Shown here: positions 54,316 to 62,660 of the stretch, in pieces | How the letters are laid out: every line of letters starts with the position of its first letter | How positions within the stretch are numbered: position 1 is the stretch's first letter | DNA from: Bryobacterales bacterium | GTDB lineage: Bacteria > Acidobacteriota > Terriglobia > Bryobacterales > UBA6623 | Direction: 5' to 3' | DNA: 64,000 bases | Assembly (NCBI GenBank): GCA_965242705.1 | Contig: OZ251486.1 | Coordinates: 333,945 to 397,944, forward strand | Notes under the pieces: model-generated | What the model saw: only the letters and a program-made list of their open reading frames with translations | Database searches by the model: none | What the model was told of the DNA's origin: nothing | Position numbers and translations under genes: made by a program

Positions 54316-54852
54316 TTATTTTAGTCGAGGGACGGCGGGTTCGGCGGTTTGGCCGGGCGCCGCCGCCGTCCGTTCGTGCTCGAGCAGGAAGCGCTTGCGC
54401 TCGATGCCGCCCGCGTAGCCGGTCAGTTTGCCCGCCGCGCCGATGACGCGGTGGCAGGGCACGAAGATCGAGAGGGGGTTGCGGCCGACCGCCGCGCCGA
54501 CGGCGCGGCTGCCGCCCGGGCTGCCCAGCCGGCCGGCGAGCTCGCCGTAGGCGCGCGTTTCTCCGGGGGGGATGGTTTCGAGCAGGCGGCGGACCTGCTG
54601 TTGAAAGGGCGTTCCGCTCGGCGTCAGCGCCACGCGGGGAGGCGCGAAGTCTCCCGCGAAATAGCATTTGAGGAACGCCTCGGCCCGCGGCAGCCAGAGG
54701 TTGCCGTTCGCCGGCCGTCGGTTTTGCAAGGGAAACCGGCGCTCCATGTCGGCGGCCTGCGCATCGAAAAACGCCGCGGCCAGCCCGTCGCGGCTTGCCA
54801 ACAGATGGATGCCGCCAATCGGACTGTGAAAGCAACTGCGCTCGAACTCCAT
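54316..54852 (-). CDS. ogt: Methylated-DNA--protein-cysteine methyltransferase
   Basis: ATG at 54852 (MEFERSCFHSPIGG..). Active-site PCHRVIG. Helix-turn-wing YGELA..LG.PGGSRAVG.A.G.NP. Confidence 0.9.
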   Translation of the reverse strand: MEFERSCFHSPIGGIHLLASRDGLAAAFFDAQAADMERRFPLQNRRPANGNLWLPRAEAFLKCYFAGDFAPPRVALTPSGTPFQQQVRRLLETIPPGETRAYGELAGRLGSPGGSRAVGAAVGRNPLSIFVPCHRVIGAAGKLTGYAGGIERKRFLLEHERTAAAPGQTAEPAVPRLK

Positions 54853-54865
54853 GCGGTTTATTTTC

Positions 54866-54945
54866 GCATGGCGGGACGCGCTTTGCGCGGCGGCCGCGGG
54901 TCGGCGGGTCACGGGTCGAGCGGGCGCGCGCTTTGCGCGTCTGCG
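54866..54945. repeat. Composite REP element: hairpin, G-tract core, hairpin
   Basis: gacgcgctttgcgcggc | ggccgcgggtcggcgggtcacgggtcgagcggg | cgcgcgctttgcgcg. Forms the 3' end of paralog P7. Confidence 0.75.
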
Positions 54946-56237
54946 CAGACGTCCTGATTTTGTTGCAGCCATTCGAGCAGGGCTTCGGCGGCCCAGCGGT
55001 GGCCGTCGGCGTTCCAGTGGAAATCGTGGCGCCATTGCGCATCGCGGAGCGCGGCGCCTTGGCGCAGGATGTAGTCGGTCTGATCGATGACGGGGATATC
55101 GAGCGCCGCAGCCATGTCGCTCATTCGATCGAAAGCGAGGGGGCCATGGAGCTTCATGAGGTGCGAAGCCAGGATGACCAGCGCTGCGCCGTCGCGGTCG
55201 GCGCGCCGTTTGAATTGCTCGAGGGCGAAGGCCATGTAGTCGAGGGCGTCCTCGAAGGCGGGCGGCAGATCGCTTGAGGCGAATACTTGGTGCATGTTCA
55301 ACTGCTTGATCGGCGGCCAGTCCGCAAGCAGCTTGATCGGCGGCCAGCGTTCGAGCAGCGCGGCATAGCGCGGGCGTTGGCGCAGCGTTTCCACCCAGAA
55401 AGACAGCTTGCGGGGGTTCCCTACGCAGTTAGCGGGAATATGTACGCACATTTGCGCATCCAACCAGTGTGCGAACCAGGAGAACTTGACCGCTCGCCAC
55501 AGGATATGCACGTACCAGGGGTCCGGCGCGCCGCCGGGCGGGGGGCGCGGCAAGGTGAATTGCGCGGCGTCAGGATGGGGAGGGCGCAGCTCGATTTTTC
55601 CGTCGGGGCGCCTTGCCGCATGGATCTCGGGTATGTAGTCCGGGTCGAAACCGCGATTCAATGAACGCAGCAGGGGATGGTTGTCGAGAAAGTCGTTGTG
55701 GACGAAGACCAGCACGACCAGTTTGGGGCGCAGGCGCCGGGCAAAGTCATAGTAGGGCAGTTGCTGGATTTGGCCGATGCGCATATGACCGAAGGCCGAT
55801 GTCGCAACGTTCAGACGGGGCAGGGCGGCGGCGGCGAGCGCTTCGAGGCGGACGTGGGATTTTTGGGCGATGGGCACTTCCATCGCCTCGACGAAGGAGT
55901 CGCCGATGAAGGCGATACGGCAGCCTGCCGCGGCGCGTTCGGAGCTGGGCGGTTCGCGGTCGAGAAAGCCCAGGCTGTTGACGCGCGAGACGGTCCAGAA
56001 GTCGAGCCGGTTCGTATAGCGGATCTCCGCGTGGGGTTTCCAGAGCCCGGTTCCTTGGTAGCTGACTACAGGGGGAAAAGAGGTCGTCATGAACGGCTTG
56101 GTCCGCCGCAACCAGGTTTCGCCGGCAACCGCGATCAGCGCCGCAGCGGCGGCAAGCAGTGCTGCATTCCAGGCGATCAGGCGCAGCGCGCGGCGGATTC
56201 GATTGCGGGGGGGGGGGGGGTATGGGTCACGAGTCAC
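54909..56237 (-). CDS. Membrane-anchored SGNH/GDSL-like hydrolase/acyltransferase, paralog P7
   Basis: The GTG at 56237 gives MTRDPYPPPPRNRIRRALRLIAWN via the C14 tract. IAFIGDSFVEA; DFHWNADGHRW. Internal duplication WPPIKLLADWPPIKQL. Confidence 0.85.
   Translation of the reverse strand: MTRDPYPPPPRNRIRRALRLIAWNAALLAAAAALIAVAGETWLRRTKPFMTTSFPPVVSYQGTGLWKPHAEIRYTNRLDFWTVSRVNSLGFLDREPPSSERAAAGCRIAFIGDSFVEAMEVPIAQKSHVRLEALAAAALPRLNVATSAFGHMRIGQIQQLPYYDFARRLRPKLVVLVFVHNDFLDNHPLLRSLNRGFDPDYIPEIHAARRPDGKIELRPPHPDAAQFTLPRPPPGGAPDPWYVHILWRAVKFSWFAHWLDAQMCVHIPANCVGNPRKLSFWVETLRQRPRYAALLERWPPIKLLADWPPIKQLNMHQVFASSDLPPAFEDALDYMAFALEQFKRRADRDGAALVILASHLMKLHGPLAFDRMSDMAAALDIPVIDQTDYILRQGAALRDAQWRHDFHWNADGHRWAAEALLEWLQQNQDVCADAQSARPLDP
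56207..56220. repeat. G14 homopolymer (C14 on the coding strand) in codons 6-11 of P7
   Basis: Counted directly: 56207-56220 are all G. Confidence 0.95.
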
Positions 56238-56247
56238 GAGTTGAGGG

Positions 56248-57510
56248 TCACGGGTCGGGCGCGCAGACTTGCGGATTTTGCTGCAGCCATTCTAACAGGG
56301 CTTCGGCGGCCCAGCGGTGGCCGTCGGCGTTCCAGTGGCCGTCGCGGGGCAATTGCGCATCGCTGAGCGCGGCGCCTTGGCGCAGGATGTAGTCGGCCTG
56401 ATCGATGACGGGGATATCGAGCGCCGCAGCCATGGCGTTGAGTCGGTCGAAGATGCGGTTTCCATGGAGCTTCGCGGTGTGCGAGGCCAGGATGACCAGA
56501 GCCGCTCCGTCGCGGTCGGCGCGCTGCTTGAATTGCTCGAGGGCGAAGACCGTGTAGTCGAGGGCGTCCTCGAAGGCGGGCGGCAGATCGCGTGCGGCGA
56601 ATACTTGGTGCATGTCGTACCGCCCGACCGGCGGCCAGCGTTCGAGCAGCGCGGCATAGCGCGGGCGTTGGCGCAGCGTTTCCACCCAGAGAGGAAACTT
56701 GAGAGGGTTCTCTGTACAGTGAACGGGAACAAGTTTGCATATTGGATTACTCAGCCAGCGGGCGAACCAGGAGAACTTGGCCGCTCGCCACAGGATGCGC
56801 AGGTACAGGGGGTCCGGCGGGCCGGGCGGGGGGCTCGGCAAGGTGAATTGCGCGGCGTCAGGATGGGGAGGGCGCAGCTCGATCTTTCCGTCGGGGCGCC
56901 TTGCCGCATGGATCTCGGGTATGTAGTCCGGGTCGAAACCGTGAATCAATGAACGCAGCAGGGGGTGGTTGTCGAGAAAGTCGTTGTGGACGAAAACCTG
57001 CACGACCAGTTTGGGGCGCAGGCGACGGGCAAAGTCGTCGTAGTAGGGCAGTTGATGGATTTGGCCGATGCCGCTGCGGCTGAAGGCCGATGCCGCAACG
57101 TTCAGACGGGGCAGGGCGGCGGCGGCGAGCGCTTCGAGGCGGACGTGGGATTTTTGGGCGATAGGCACTTCCTTTGCCTCGACGAAGGAGTCGCCGATGA
57201 AGGCGATACGGCAGCCTGCCGCGGCGCGTTCGGGGCTGGGCGGTTCGCGGTCGAGAAAACCCAGGCTGTTGACGCGCGAGACAGCCCAGAAGTTGAGCCG
57301 GTTCGTATAACGGATCTCCGTGTGGGGTTTCCAGAGATAGGTCCCTCGGTAACGAATTACAGGGGGAAAAAAGCTGGCCATGAACGGCTTGGTCCGCCGG
57401 AGCCAAGCCTCGCCGGCGATCGCGATCAGCGCCGCAGCGGCGGCAAGCAGTGCTGCATTCCAGGCGATCAGGCGCAGCGCGCGACGGAGTCGATTGTGTG
57501 TGTGGGGCAT
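56248..57510 (-). CDS. Membrane-anchored SGNH/GDSL-like hydrolase/acyltransferase, paralog P6
   Basis: ATG at 57510, 3 nt after the P5 stop. MPHTHNRLRRALRLIAWN, encoded through a (CA)5 repeat. IAFIGDSFVEA; RDGHWNADGHRW. Confidence 0.85.
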   Translation of the reverse strand: MPHTHNRLRRALRLIAWNAALLAAAAALIAIAGEAWLRRTKPFMASFFPPVIRYRGTYLWKPHTEIRYTNRLNFWAVSRVNSLGFLDREPPSPERAAAGCRIAFIGDSFVEAKEVPIAQKSHVRLEALAAAALPRLNVAASAFSRSGIGQIHQLPYYDDFARRLRPKLVVQVFVHNDFLDNHPLLRSLIHGFDPDYIPEIHAARRPDGKIELRPPHPDAAQFTLPSPPPGPPDPLYLRILWRAAKFSWFARWLSNPICKLVPVHCTENPLKFPLWVETLRQRPRYAALLERWPPVGRYDMHQVFAARDLPPAFEDALDYTVFALEQFKQRADRDGAALVILASHTAKLHGNRIFDRLNAMAAALDIPVIDQADYILRQGAALSDAQLPRDGHWNADGHRWAAEALLEWLQQNPQVCAPDP

Positions 57511-57513
57511 GGG

Positions 57514-58788
57514 TCACGGGTCGGGCGCGCAGACTTGCGGGTTTTGCTGCAGCCATTCTAAGAGGGCTTCGGCGGCCCAGCGGTGGCCGTCGGCGTTCCA
57601 GTGGAAATCGTGGCGCCATTGCGCATCGCTGAGCGCGGCGCCTTGGCGCAGGATGTAGTCGGTCTGATCGATGACGGGAATGCCCAGCGCCGCGGCCATG
57701 GCGCTCATCCGCTCGAAAACGAGGGGACCGCGGAGCTTCGCGGTGTGCGAGGCCAGGATGACCAGAGCCGCTCCGTCGCGGTCGGCGCGCTGCTTGAACT
57801 GTTCGAGGGCGAAGGCCGTGTAGTCGAGGGCGTCCTCGAAAACGGGCAGCGGATCGTTTGCGGTGAATACTTGTTCCACGAATACTTGGTGCATGTTTTG
57901 CTGCGTGACCGGCGGCCAGTCTGCAAGCAGCGCGGCATAGCGCGGGCGTTGGCGCAGCGTTTCCACCCACAAAGGCAATCTGAGGGGGTTCCCTGCGCAG
58001 TTAGCGGGAATATGCAAGCACATTTGCGCATCCAGCCAGCGTGCGAACCAGGAGAACTTGACCGCTCGCCACAGGATATGTACGTACCAGGGGTCCGGCG
58101 GGCCGGGCGGGGGGCGCGGCAGGGTGAATTGCGCGGCGTCAGGATGGGGAGGGCGCAGCTCGATTTTTCCGTCGGGGCGCCTTGCCGCATGGATCTCGGG
58201 TATGTAGTCCGGGTCGAAACCGCGCTCCAATGAATGCAGCAGGGGATGGTTGTCGAGAAAGTCGTTGTGGACGAAAACCTGCACGACCAGTTTGGGGCGC
58301 AAGCGCCGGGCAAAGTCGTCGTAGTAGGGCAGTTGATGGATTTGGCCGATGCCGTTGTAGCCGAAGGCCGACGTCGTAACGTTCAGACGGGGCAGGGCGG
58401 CGGCGGCGAGCGCTTCGAGGCGGACGTGGGATTTTTGGGCGATGGGCACGTCCTTTGCCTCGACGAAGGAGTCGCCGATGAAGGCGATATGGCAGCCCGC
58501 CGCGGCGCGTTCGGGGCTGGGCGGTTCGCGGTCGAGAAAGCCCAGGCTGTTGGCGCGCGAGACGGCCCAGAAGTCGAGCCGGTTCGTATAGCGGATCTCC
58601 GTGTGGGGTTTCCGGAGATAAGCCCCTCTGTAACGAATTTCTTCAGGGGGAAAAGAGTTCGTCATGAACGGCTTGGTCCGCCGCAACCAGGTTTCGCCGG
58701 CAACCGCGATCAGCGCCGCAGCGGCGGCAAGCAGTGCTGCATTCCAGGCGATCAGGCGCAGCGCGCGGCGGATTCGATTGGGGGGCAT
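57514..58788 (-). CDS. Membrane-anchored SGNH/GDSL-like hydrolase/acyltransferase, paralog P5
   Basis: ATG at 58788, 3 nt after the P4 stop. MPPNRIRRALRLIAWN (C6 tract). IAFIGDSFVEA; DFHWNADGHRW. Confidence 0.85.
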   Translation of the reverse strand: MPPNRIRRALRLIAWNAALLAAAAALIAVAGETWLRRTKPFMTNSFPPEEIRYRGAYLRKPHTEIRYTNRLDFWAVSRANSLGFLDREPPSPERAAAGCHIAFIGDSFVEAKDVPIAQKSHVRLEALAAAALPRLNVTTSAFGYNGIGQIHQLPYYDDFARRLRPKLVVQVFVHNDFLDNHPLLHSLERGFDPDYIPEIHAARRPDGKIELRPPHPDAAQFTLPRPPPGPPDPWYVHILWRAVKFSWFARWLDAQMCLHIPANCAGNPLRLPLWVETLRQRPRYAALLADWPPVTQQNMHQVFVEQVFTANDPLPVFEDALDYTAFALEQFKQRADRDGAALVILASHTAKLRGPLVFERMSAMAAALGIPVIDQTDYILRQGAALSDAQWRHDFHWNADGHRWAAEALLEWLQQNPQVCAPDP

Positions 58789-58791
58789 GGA

Positions 58792-60084
58792 TCACGGGTC
58801 GGGCGCGCAGACTTGCGGATTTTGTTGCAGCCATTCTAGCAGGGCTTCGGCGGCCCAGCGGTGGCCGTCGGCGTTCCAGTGGAAATCGTGGCGCCAGTGC
58901 GCATCGCTGAGCGCGGCGCCTTGGCGCAGGATGTAGTCGGCCTGATCGATGACGGGAATGCCCAGCGCCGCAGCCATGGCGCTCATCCGCTCGAAAACGA
59001 GGGAGCCTTGGATCTTCGTGAGGTGCGAGGCCAGGATGACCAGCGCGCTGCCGCCGCGGTCGGCGCGCTGCTTGAACTGCTCGAGGGCGAAGGCCGTATA
59101 GTCGAGGGCGTCCTCGAAAACGGGCGGCAGGCTGCTTTCCGAGAACATCCAGTAAAGGTCTTCCCGCGTGGTCGGCCGCCAGTCTGCGAGCAGCGCGGCA
59201 TAGCGCGGACGTTGGCGCAGCGTTTCCACCCAGAAAGGCAGCTTGCGGGGGTTCGTTGCGCAATTAGCGGGAATATGTACGCACATTTGCGCATCCAGCC
59301 GGCGGGCGAACCAGGAGAACTTGACCGCTCGCCACAGGATATGTACGTACCAGGGGTCCGGCGGGCCGGGCGGGGGGCGCGGCAAGGTGAATTGCGCGGC
59401 GTCAGGATGGGGAGGGCGCAGCTCGATTTTTCCGTCGGGGCGCCTTGCCGCATGGATCTCGGGTACGTAGTCCGGGTCGAAACCACCCAATGAACGCAGC
59501 AGGGGATGGTTGTCGAGAAAGTCGTTGGGGACGAAGACCAGCACGACCAGTTTGGGGCGCAGGCGCCGGGCAAAGTCGTCGTAGTAGGGCAGTTGCTGGA
59601 TTTGGCCGTGGCTTCTGTGGCCGAAGGCCGATGTCGTAACATTCAGACGGGGTAGCGCGGCGGCGGCGAGCGCTTCGAGGCGGACGTGGGATTTTCGGGC
59701 GATAGGCACTTCCATCGCCTCGACGAAGGAGTCGCCGATGAAGGCGATATGGCAGCCCGCCGCGGCGCGTTCGGGGCTGTGCGGTTCGCGGTCGAGAAAG
59801 CCCAGGCTGTTGACGCGCGAGACGGTCCAGAAGTCGAGCCGGTTCGTATAGCGGATCTCCGCGTGGGGTTTCCGGAGATAAGTCCCTCGGTAACGAATTA
59901 CAGGGGGAAAAAAGCTGGCCATGAACGGCTTGGTCCGCCGGAGCCAAGTTTCGCCGGCAACCGCGATCAGCGCCGCAGCGGCGGCAAGCAGTGCTGCATT
60001 CCAAGCGATCAGGCGCAGCGCGCGGCGGATTCGATTGTGCGGGGGGGGGGGGGGGGGGGCACGAGTCGAGAGTTGCGGGGTCAC
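58792..60084 (-). CDS. Membrane-anchored SGNH/GDSL-like hydrolase/acyltransferase, paralog P4
   Basis: The GTG at 60084 overlaps the P3 TGA and gives MTPQLSTRAPPPPPPHNRIRRAL via the C19 tract. IAFIGDSFVEA; DFHWNADGHRW. Confidence 0.85.
   Translation of the reverse strand: MTPQLSTRAPPPPPPHNRIRRALRLIAWNAALLAAAAALIAVAGETWLRRTKPFMASFFPPVIRYRGTYLRKPHAEIRYTNRLDFWTVSRVNSLGFLDREPHSPERAAAGCHIAFIGDSFVEAMEVPIARKSHVRLEALAAAALPRLNVTTSAFGHRSHGQIQQLPYYDDFARRLRPKLVVLVFVPNDFLDNHPLLRSLGGFDPDYVPEIHAARRPDGKIELRPPHPDAAQFTLPRPPPGPPDPWYVHILWRAVKFSWFARRLDAQMCVHIPANCATNPRKLPFWVETLRQRPRYAALLADWRPTTREDLYWMFSESSLPPVFEDALDYTAFALEQFKQRADRGGSALVILASHLTKIQGSLVFERMSAMAAALGIPVIDQADYILRQGAALSDAHWRHDFHWNADGHRWAAEALLEWLQQNPQVCAPDP
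60041..60059. repeat. G19 homopolymer (C19 on the coding strand) in codons 9-15 of P4
   Basis: Counted directly: 60041-60059 are all G. Confidence 0.95.
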
Positions 60085-61376
60085 GGGTCAGGCGCGCAGA
60101 CTTGCGGGTTTTGTTGCAGCCATTCTAACAGGGCTTCGGCGGCCCAGCGGTGGCCGTCGGCGTTCCAGTGGCCGTCGTGGCGCCATTGCGCATCGCTGAG
60201 CGCGGCGCCTTGGCGCAGGATGTAGTCGGCCTGATCGATGACGGGGATATCGAGCGCCGCAGCCATGGCGATCATCCGCTCGAAAACGAGGGAGCCATGG
60301 AGCTTCGCGGTGTGCGCGGCCAGGATGACCAGAGCCGCTCCGTCGCGGTCGGCGCGCTGCTTGAACTGTTCAAGGGCGAAGGCCGTGTAGTCGAGGGCGT
60401 CTTCGAAAACGGGCGGCGGATCGTTTGCGGCGATTACTTGTTCCACGAATGCTTGTTCCATGTTTTGCAGCTTGATCGGCGGCCAGCGTTCGAGCAGCGC
60501 GGCATAGCGCGGGCGCTGGCGCAGCGTTTCCACCCAGAAAGGCAACTTCAGGGGGTTCTCTGTGCAGTGAACGGGAACAAGTTTGCATATTTGATCACTC
60601 AGCCGGCGGGCGAACCGGGAGAACTTGGCCGCTCGCCACAGGATGCGCAGGTACCAGGGGTCCGGCGGGCCGGGCGGGGGGCGCGGCAAGGTGAATTGCG
60701 CGGCGTCAGGATGGGGAGGGCGCAGCTCGATTTTTCCGTCGGGGCGCCTTGCCGCATGGATCTCGGGTATGTAGTCCGGGTCGAAACCGCGACTTAATGA
60801 ACGCAGCAGGGGATGGTTGCCGAGAAAGTCGTTGGGGACGAAGACCAGCACGACCAATTTGGGGCGCCGGCGCCGGGCAAAGTCGTCGTAGTAGGCCAAT
60901 TGATGGATTTGGCCGATGTCACTGAAGCCGAAGGCCGATGTCGTAACGTTCAGACGGGGCAGGGCGGCGGCGGCGAGCGCTTCGAGGCGGACGTGGGATT
61001 TTTGGGCGATGGGCACTTGCAGCGCCTCGACGAAGGAGTCGCCGATGAAGGCGATACGGCAGCCTGCCGCGGCGCGTTCGGGGGCGGGCGGTTCGCGGTC
61101 GAGAAAGCCCAGGCTGTTGACGCGCGAGACGGTCCAGAAGTCGAGCTGGTTCGTATAGTGGATCTCCGCGTGGGGTTTCCAGAGATAGGTCCCTCGGTAA
61201 CGAATTACAGGGGGAAAAGAGGTCAGCAAGAACGGCTTGGTCCGCCGCCGCAACCAGGTTTCGCCGGCGATCGCGATCAGCGCCGCAGCGGCGGCAAGCA
61301 GTGCTGCATTCCAGGCGATCAGGCGCAGCGCGCGGCGGATTCGATTGTGCGGGGGGGGGGGGGGGGTATGGGTCAC
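60081..61376 (-). CDS. Membrane-anchored SGNH/GDSL-like hydrolase/acyltransferase, paralog P3
   Basis: The track ORF 60081..61829 runs on upstream only because that frame lacks stops. The GTG at 61376 overlaps the P2 TGA and gives VTHTPPPPPHNRIRRAL via the C16 tract. The ATG seen in other junctions is ATA here. Confidence 0.8.
   Translation of the reverse strand: MTHTPPPPPHNRIRRALRLIAWNAALLAAAAALIAIAGETWLRRRTKPFLLTSFPPVIRYRGTYLWKPHAEIHYTNQLDFWTVSRVNSLGFLDREPPAPERAAAGCRIAFIGDSFVEALQVPIAQKSHVRLEALAAAALPRLNVTTSAFGFSDIGQIHQLAYYDDFARRRRPKLVVLVFVPNDFLGNHPLLRSLSRGFDPDYIPEIHAARRPDGKIELRPPHPDAAQFTLPRPPPGPPDPWYLRILWRAAKFSRFARRLSDQICKLVPVHCTENPLKLPFWVETLRQRPRYAALLERWPPIKLQNMEQAFVEQVIAANDPPPVFEDALDYTAFALEQFKQRADRDGAALVILAAHTAKLHGSLVFERMIAMAAALDIPVIDQADYILRQGAALSDAQWRHDGHWNADGHRWAAEALLEWLQQNPQVCAPDP
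61351..61366. repeat. G16 homopolymer (C16 on the coding strand) in codons 4-9 of P3
   Basis: Counted directly: 61351-61366 are all G. Confidence 0.95.
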
Positions 61377-62518
61377 GAGTCGGGCGCGCAGACTTGCGGA
61401 TTTTGCTGCAGCCATTCTAGCAGGGCTTCGGCGGCCCAGCGGTGGCCGTCGGCGTTCCAGTGGCCGTCGTGGAGCCATTGCGCATCGCTGAGCGCGGCGC
61501 CTTGACGCAGGATGTAGTCGGCCTGATCGATGACAGGGATATCGAGCGCCGCGGCCATGGCGCGCATCCGCTCGAAAACGAGGGGACCATGGATCTTCGC
61601 GGTGTGCGAGGCCAGGATGACCAGCGCTGCGCCGTCGCGGTCGGCGCGCTGCTTGAACTGCTCGAGAGCGAAGGACGTATAGTCGAGGGCGTCCTCGAAA
61701 ATGGGCGGCGGATCGTTTGCGGCGAATACTTGTTCCACGAATACTCGTTCCATGTTTTCCTGCGTGACCGGCGGCCAGCGTTCGAGCAGCGCGGCATAGC
61801 GCGGGCGTTGGCGCAGCGTTTCCACCCACAAAGGCAATCTGAGGGGGTTCCCTGCGCAGTTAGCGGGAATATGTACGCACATTTGCGCATCCAACCAGTG
61901 TGCGAACCAGGAGAACTTGACCGCTCGCCACAGGATATGCACGTACCAGGGGTCCGGCGGGCCGGGCGGGGGGCGCGACAGGGTGAATTGCGCGGCGTCA
62001 GGATGGGGAGGGCGCAGCTCGATTTTTCCGTCGGGGCGCCTTGCCGCATGGATCTCGGGTATGTAGTCCGGGTCGACCCCGCGCTCCAATGAACGCAGCA
62101 GGGGATGGTTGTCGAGAAAGTCGTTGTGGACGAAAACCAGCACGACCAGTTTGGGGCGCAGGCGCCGGGCAAAGTCGTAGTAGGGCAGTTGCTGGATTTG
62201 GCCGATGCCGTTGTAGCCGAAGGCCGACGTCGTAACGTTCAGACGGGGCAGGGCGGCGGCGGCGAGCGCTTCGAGGCGGACGTGGGATTTTTGGGCGATA
62301 GGCACTTCCTTTGCCTCGACGAAGGAGTCGCCGATGAAGGCGATACGGCAGCCCGCCGCGGCGCGTTCGGGGCTGGGCGGTTCGCGGTCGAGAAAGCCCA
62401 GGCTGTTGACGCGCGAGACGCCCCAGAAGTCGAGCCGGTTCGTATAGCGGAGCTCCGTGTGGGGTTTCCGTAGCCAAGTTCCTTGGTAGCTGACTACAGG
62501 GGGAAAAGAGTTCGTCAT
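61373..62518 (-). CDS. SGNH/GDSL-like paralog P2; the TM-anchor-coding 5' segment (to 62635) is in frame but is disconnected from its ATG (62657) by the C18 tract
   Basis: The family frame (..YKRLRRALRLIAWNATLLAAAAALIAVAGETWLRRTKPFMTNSF..) is open from the tract. ATG + C18 + G puts the ATG in the +1 frame, and the first in-frame start is ATG 62518. Possibly phase-OFF, or a homopolymer sequencing error. Confidence 0.7.
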   Translation of the reverse strand: MTNSFPPVVSYQGTWLRKPHTELRYTNRLDFWGVSRVNSLGFLDREPPSPERAAAGCRIAFIGDSFVEAKEVPIAQKSHVRLEALAAAALPRLNVTTSAFGYNGIGQIQQLPYYDFARRLRPKLVVLVFVHNDFLDNHPLLRSLERGVDPDYIPEIHAARRPDGKIELRPPHPDAAQFTLSRPPPGPPDPWYVHILWRAVKFSWFAHWLDAQMCVHIPANCAGNPLRLPLWVETLRQRPRYAALLERWPPVTQENMERVFVEQVFAANDPPPIFEDALDYTSFALEQFKQRADRDGAALVILASHTAKIHGPLVFERMRAMAAALDIPVIDQADYILRQGAALSDAQWLHDGHWNADGHRWAAEALLEWLQQNPQVCAPDS

Positions 62519-62636
62519 GAACGGCTTGGTCCGCCGGAGCCAGGTTTCGCCGGCAACCGCGATCAGCGCCGCAGCGGCGGCAAGCAGTGTTGCATTCCAG
62601 GCGATCAGGCGCAGCGCGCGGCGGAGTCGCTTGTAC

Positions 62637-62654
62637 GGGGGGGGGGGGGGGGGG
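62637..62654. repeat. G18 homopolymer (C18 on the coding strand) immediately after the P2 ATG
   Basis: Counted directly: 62637-62654 are all G. cat (ATG) at 62655-62657. Confidence 0.95.
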
Positions 62655-62660
62655 CATGGA

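Noticed and set aside
60081-61829. 582-aa version of paralog P3
   Set aside because: The extra 150 N-terminal codons are an alternative frame of P2's 3' end, kept open only by GC richness. Family alignment and the GTGA junction place the start at 61376.
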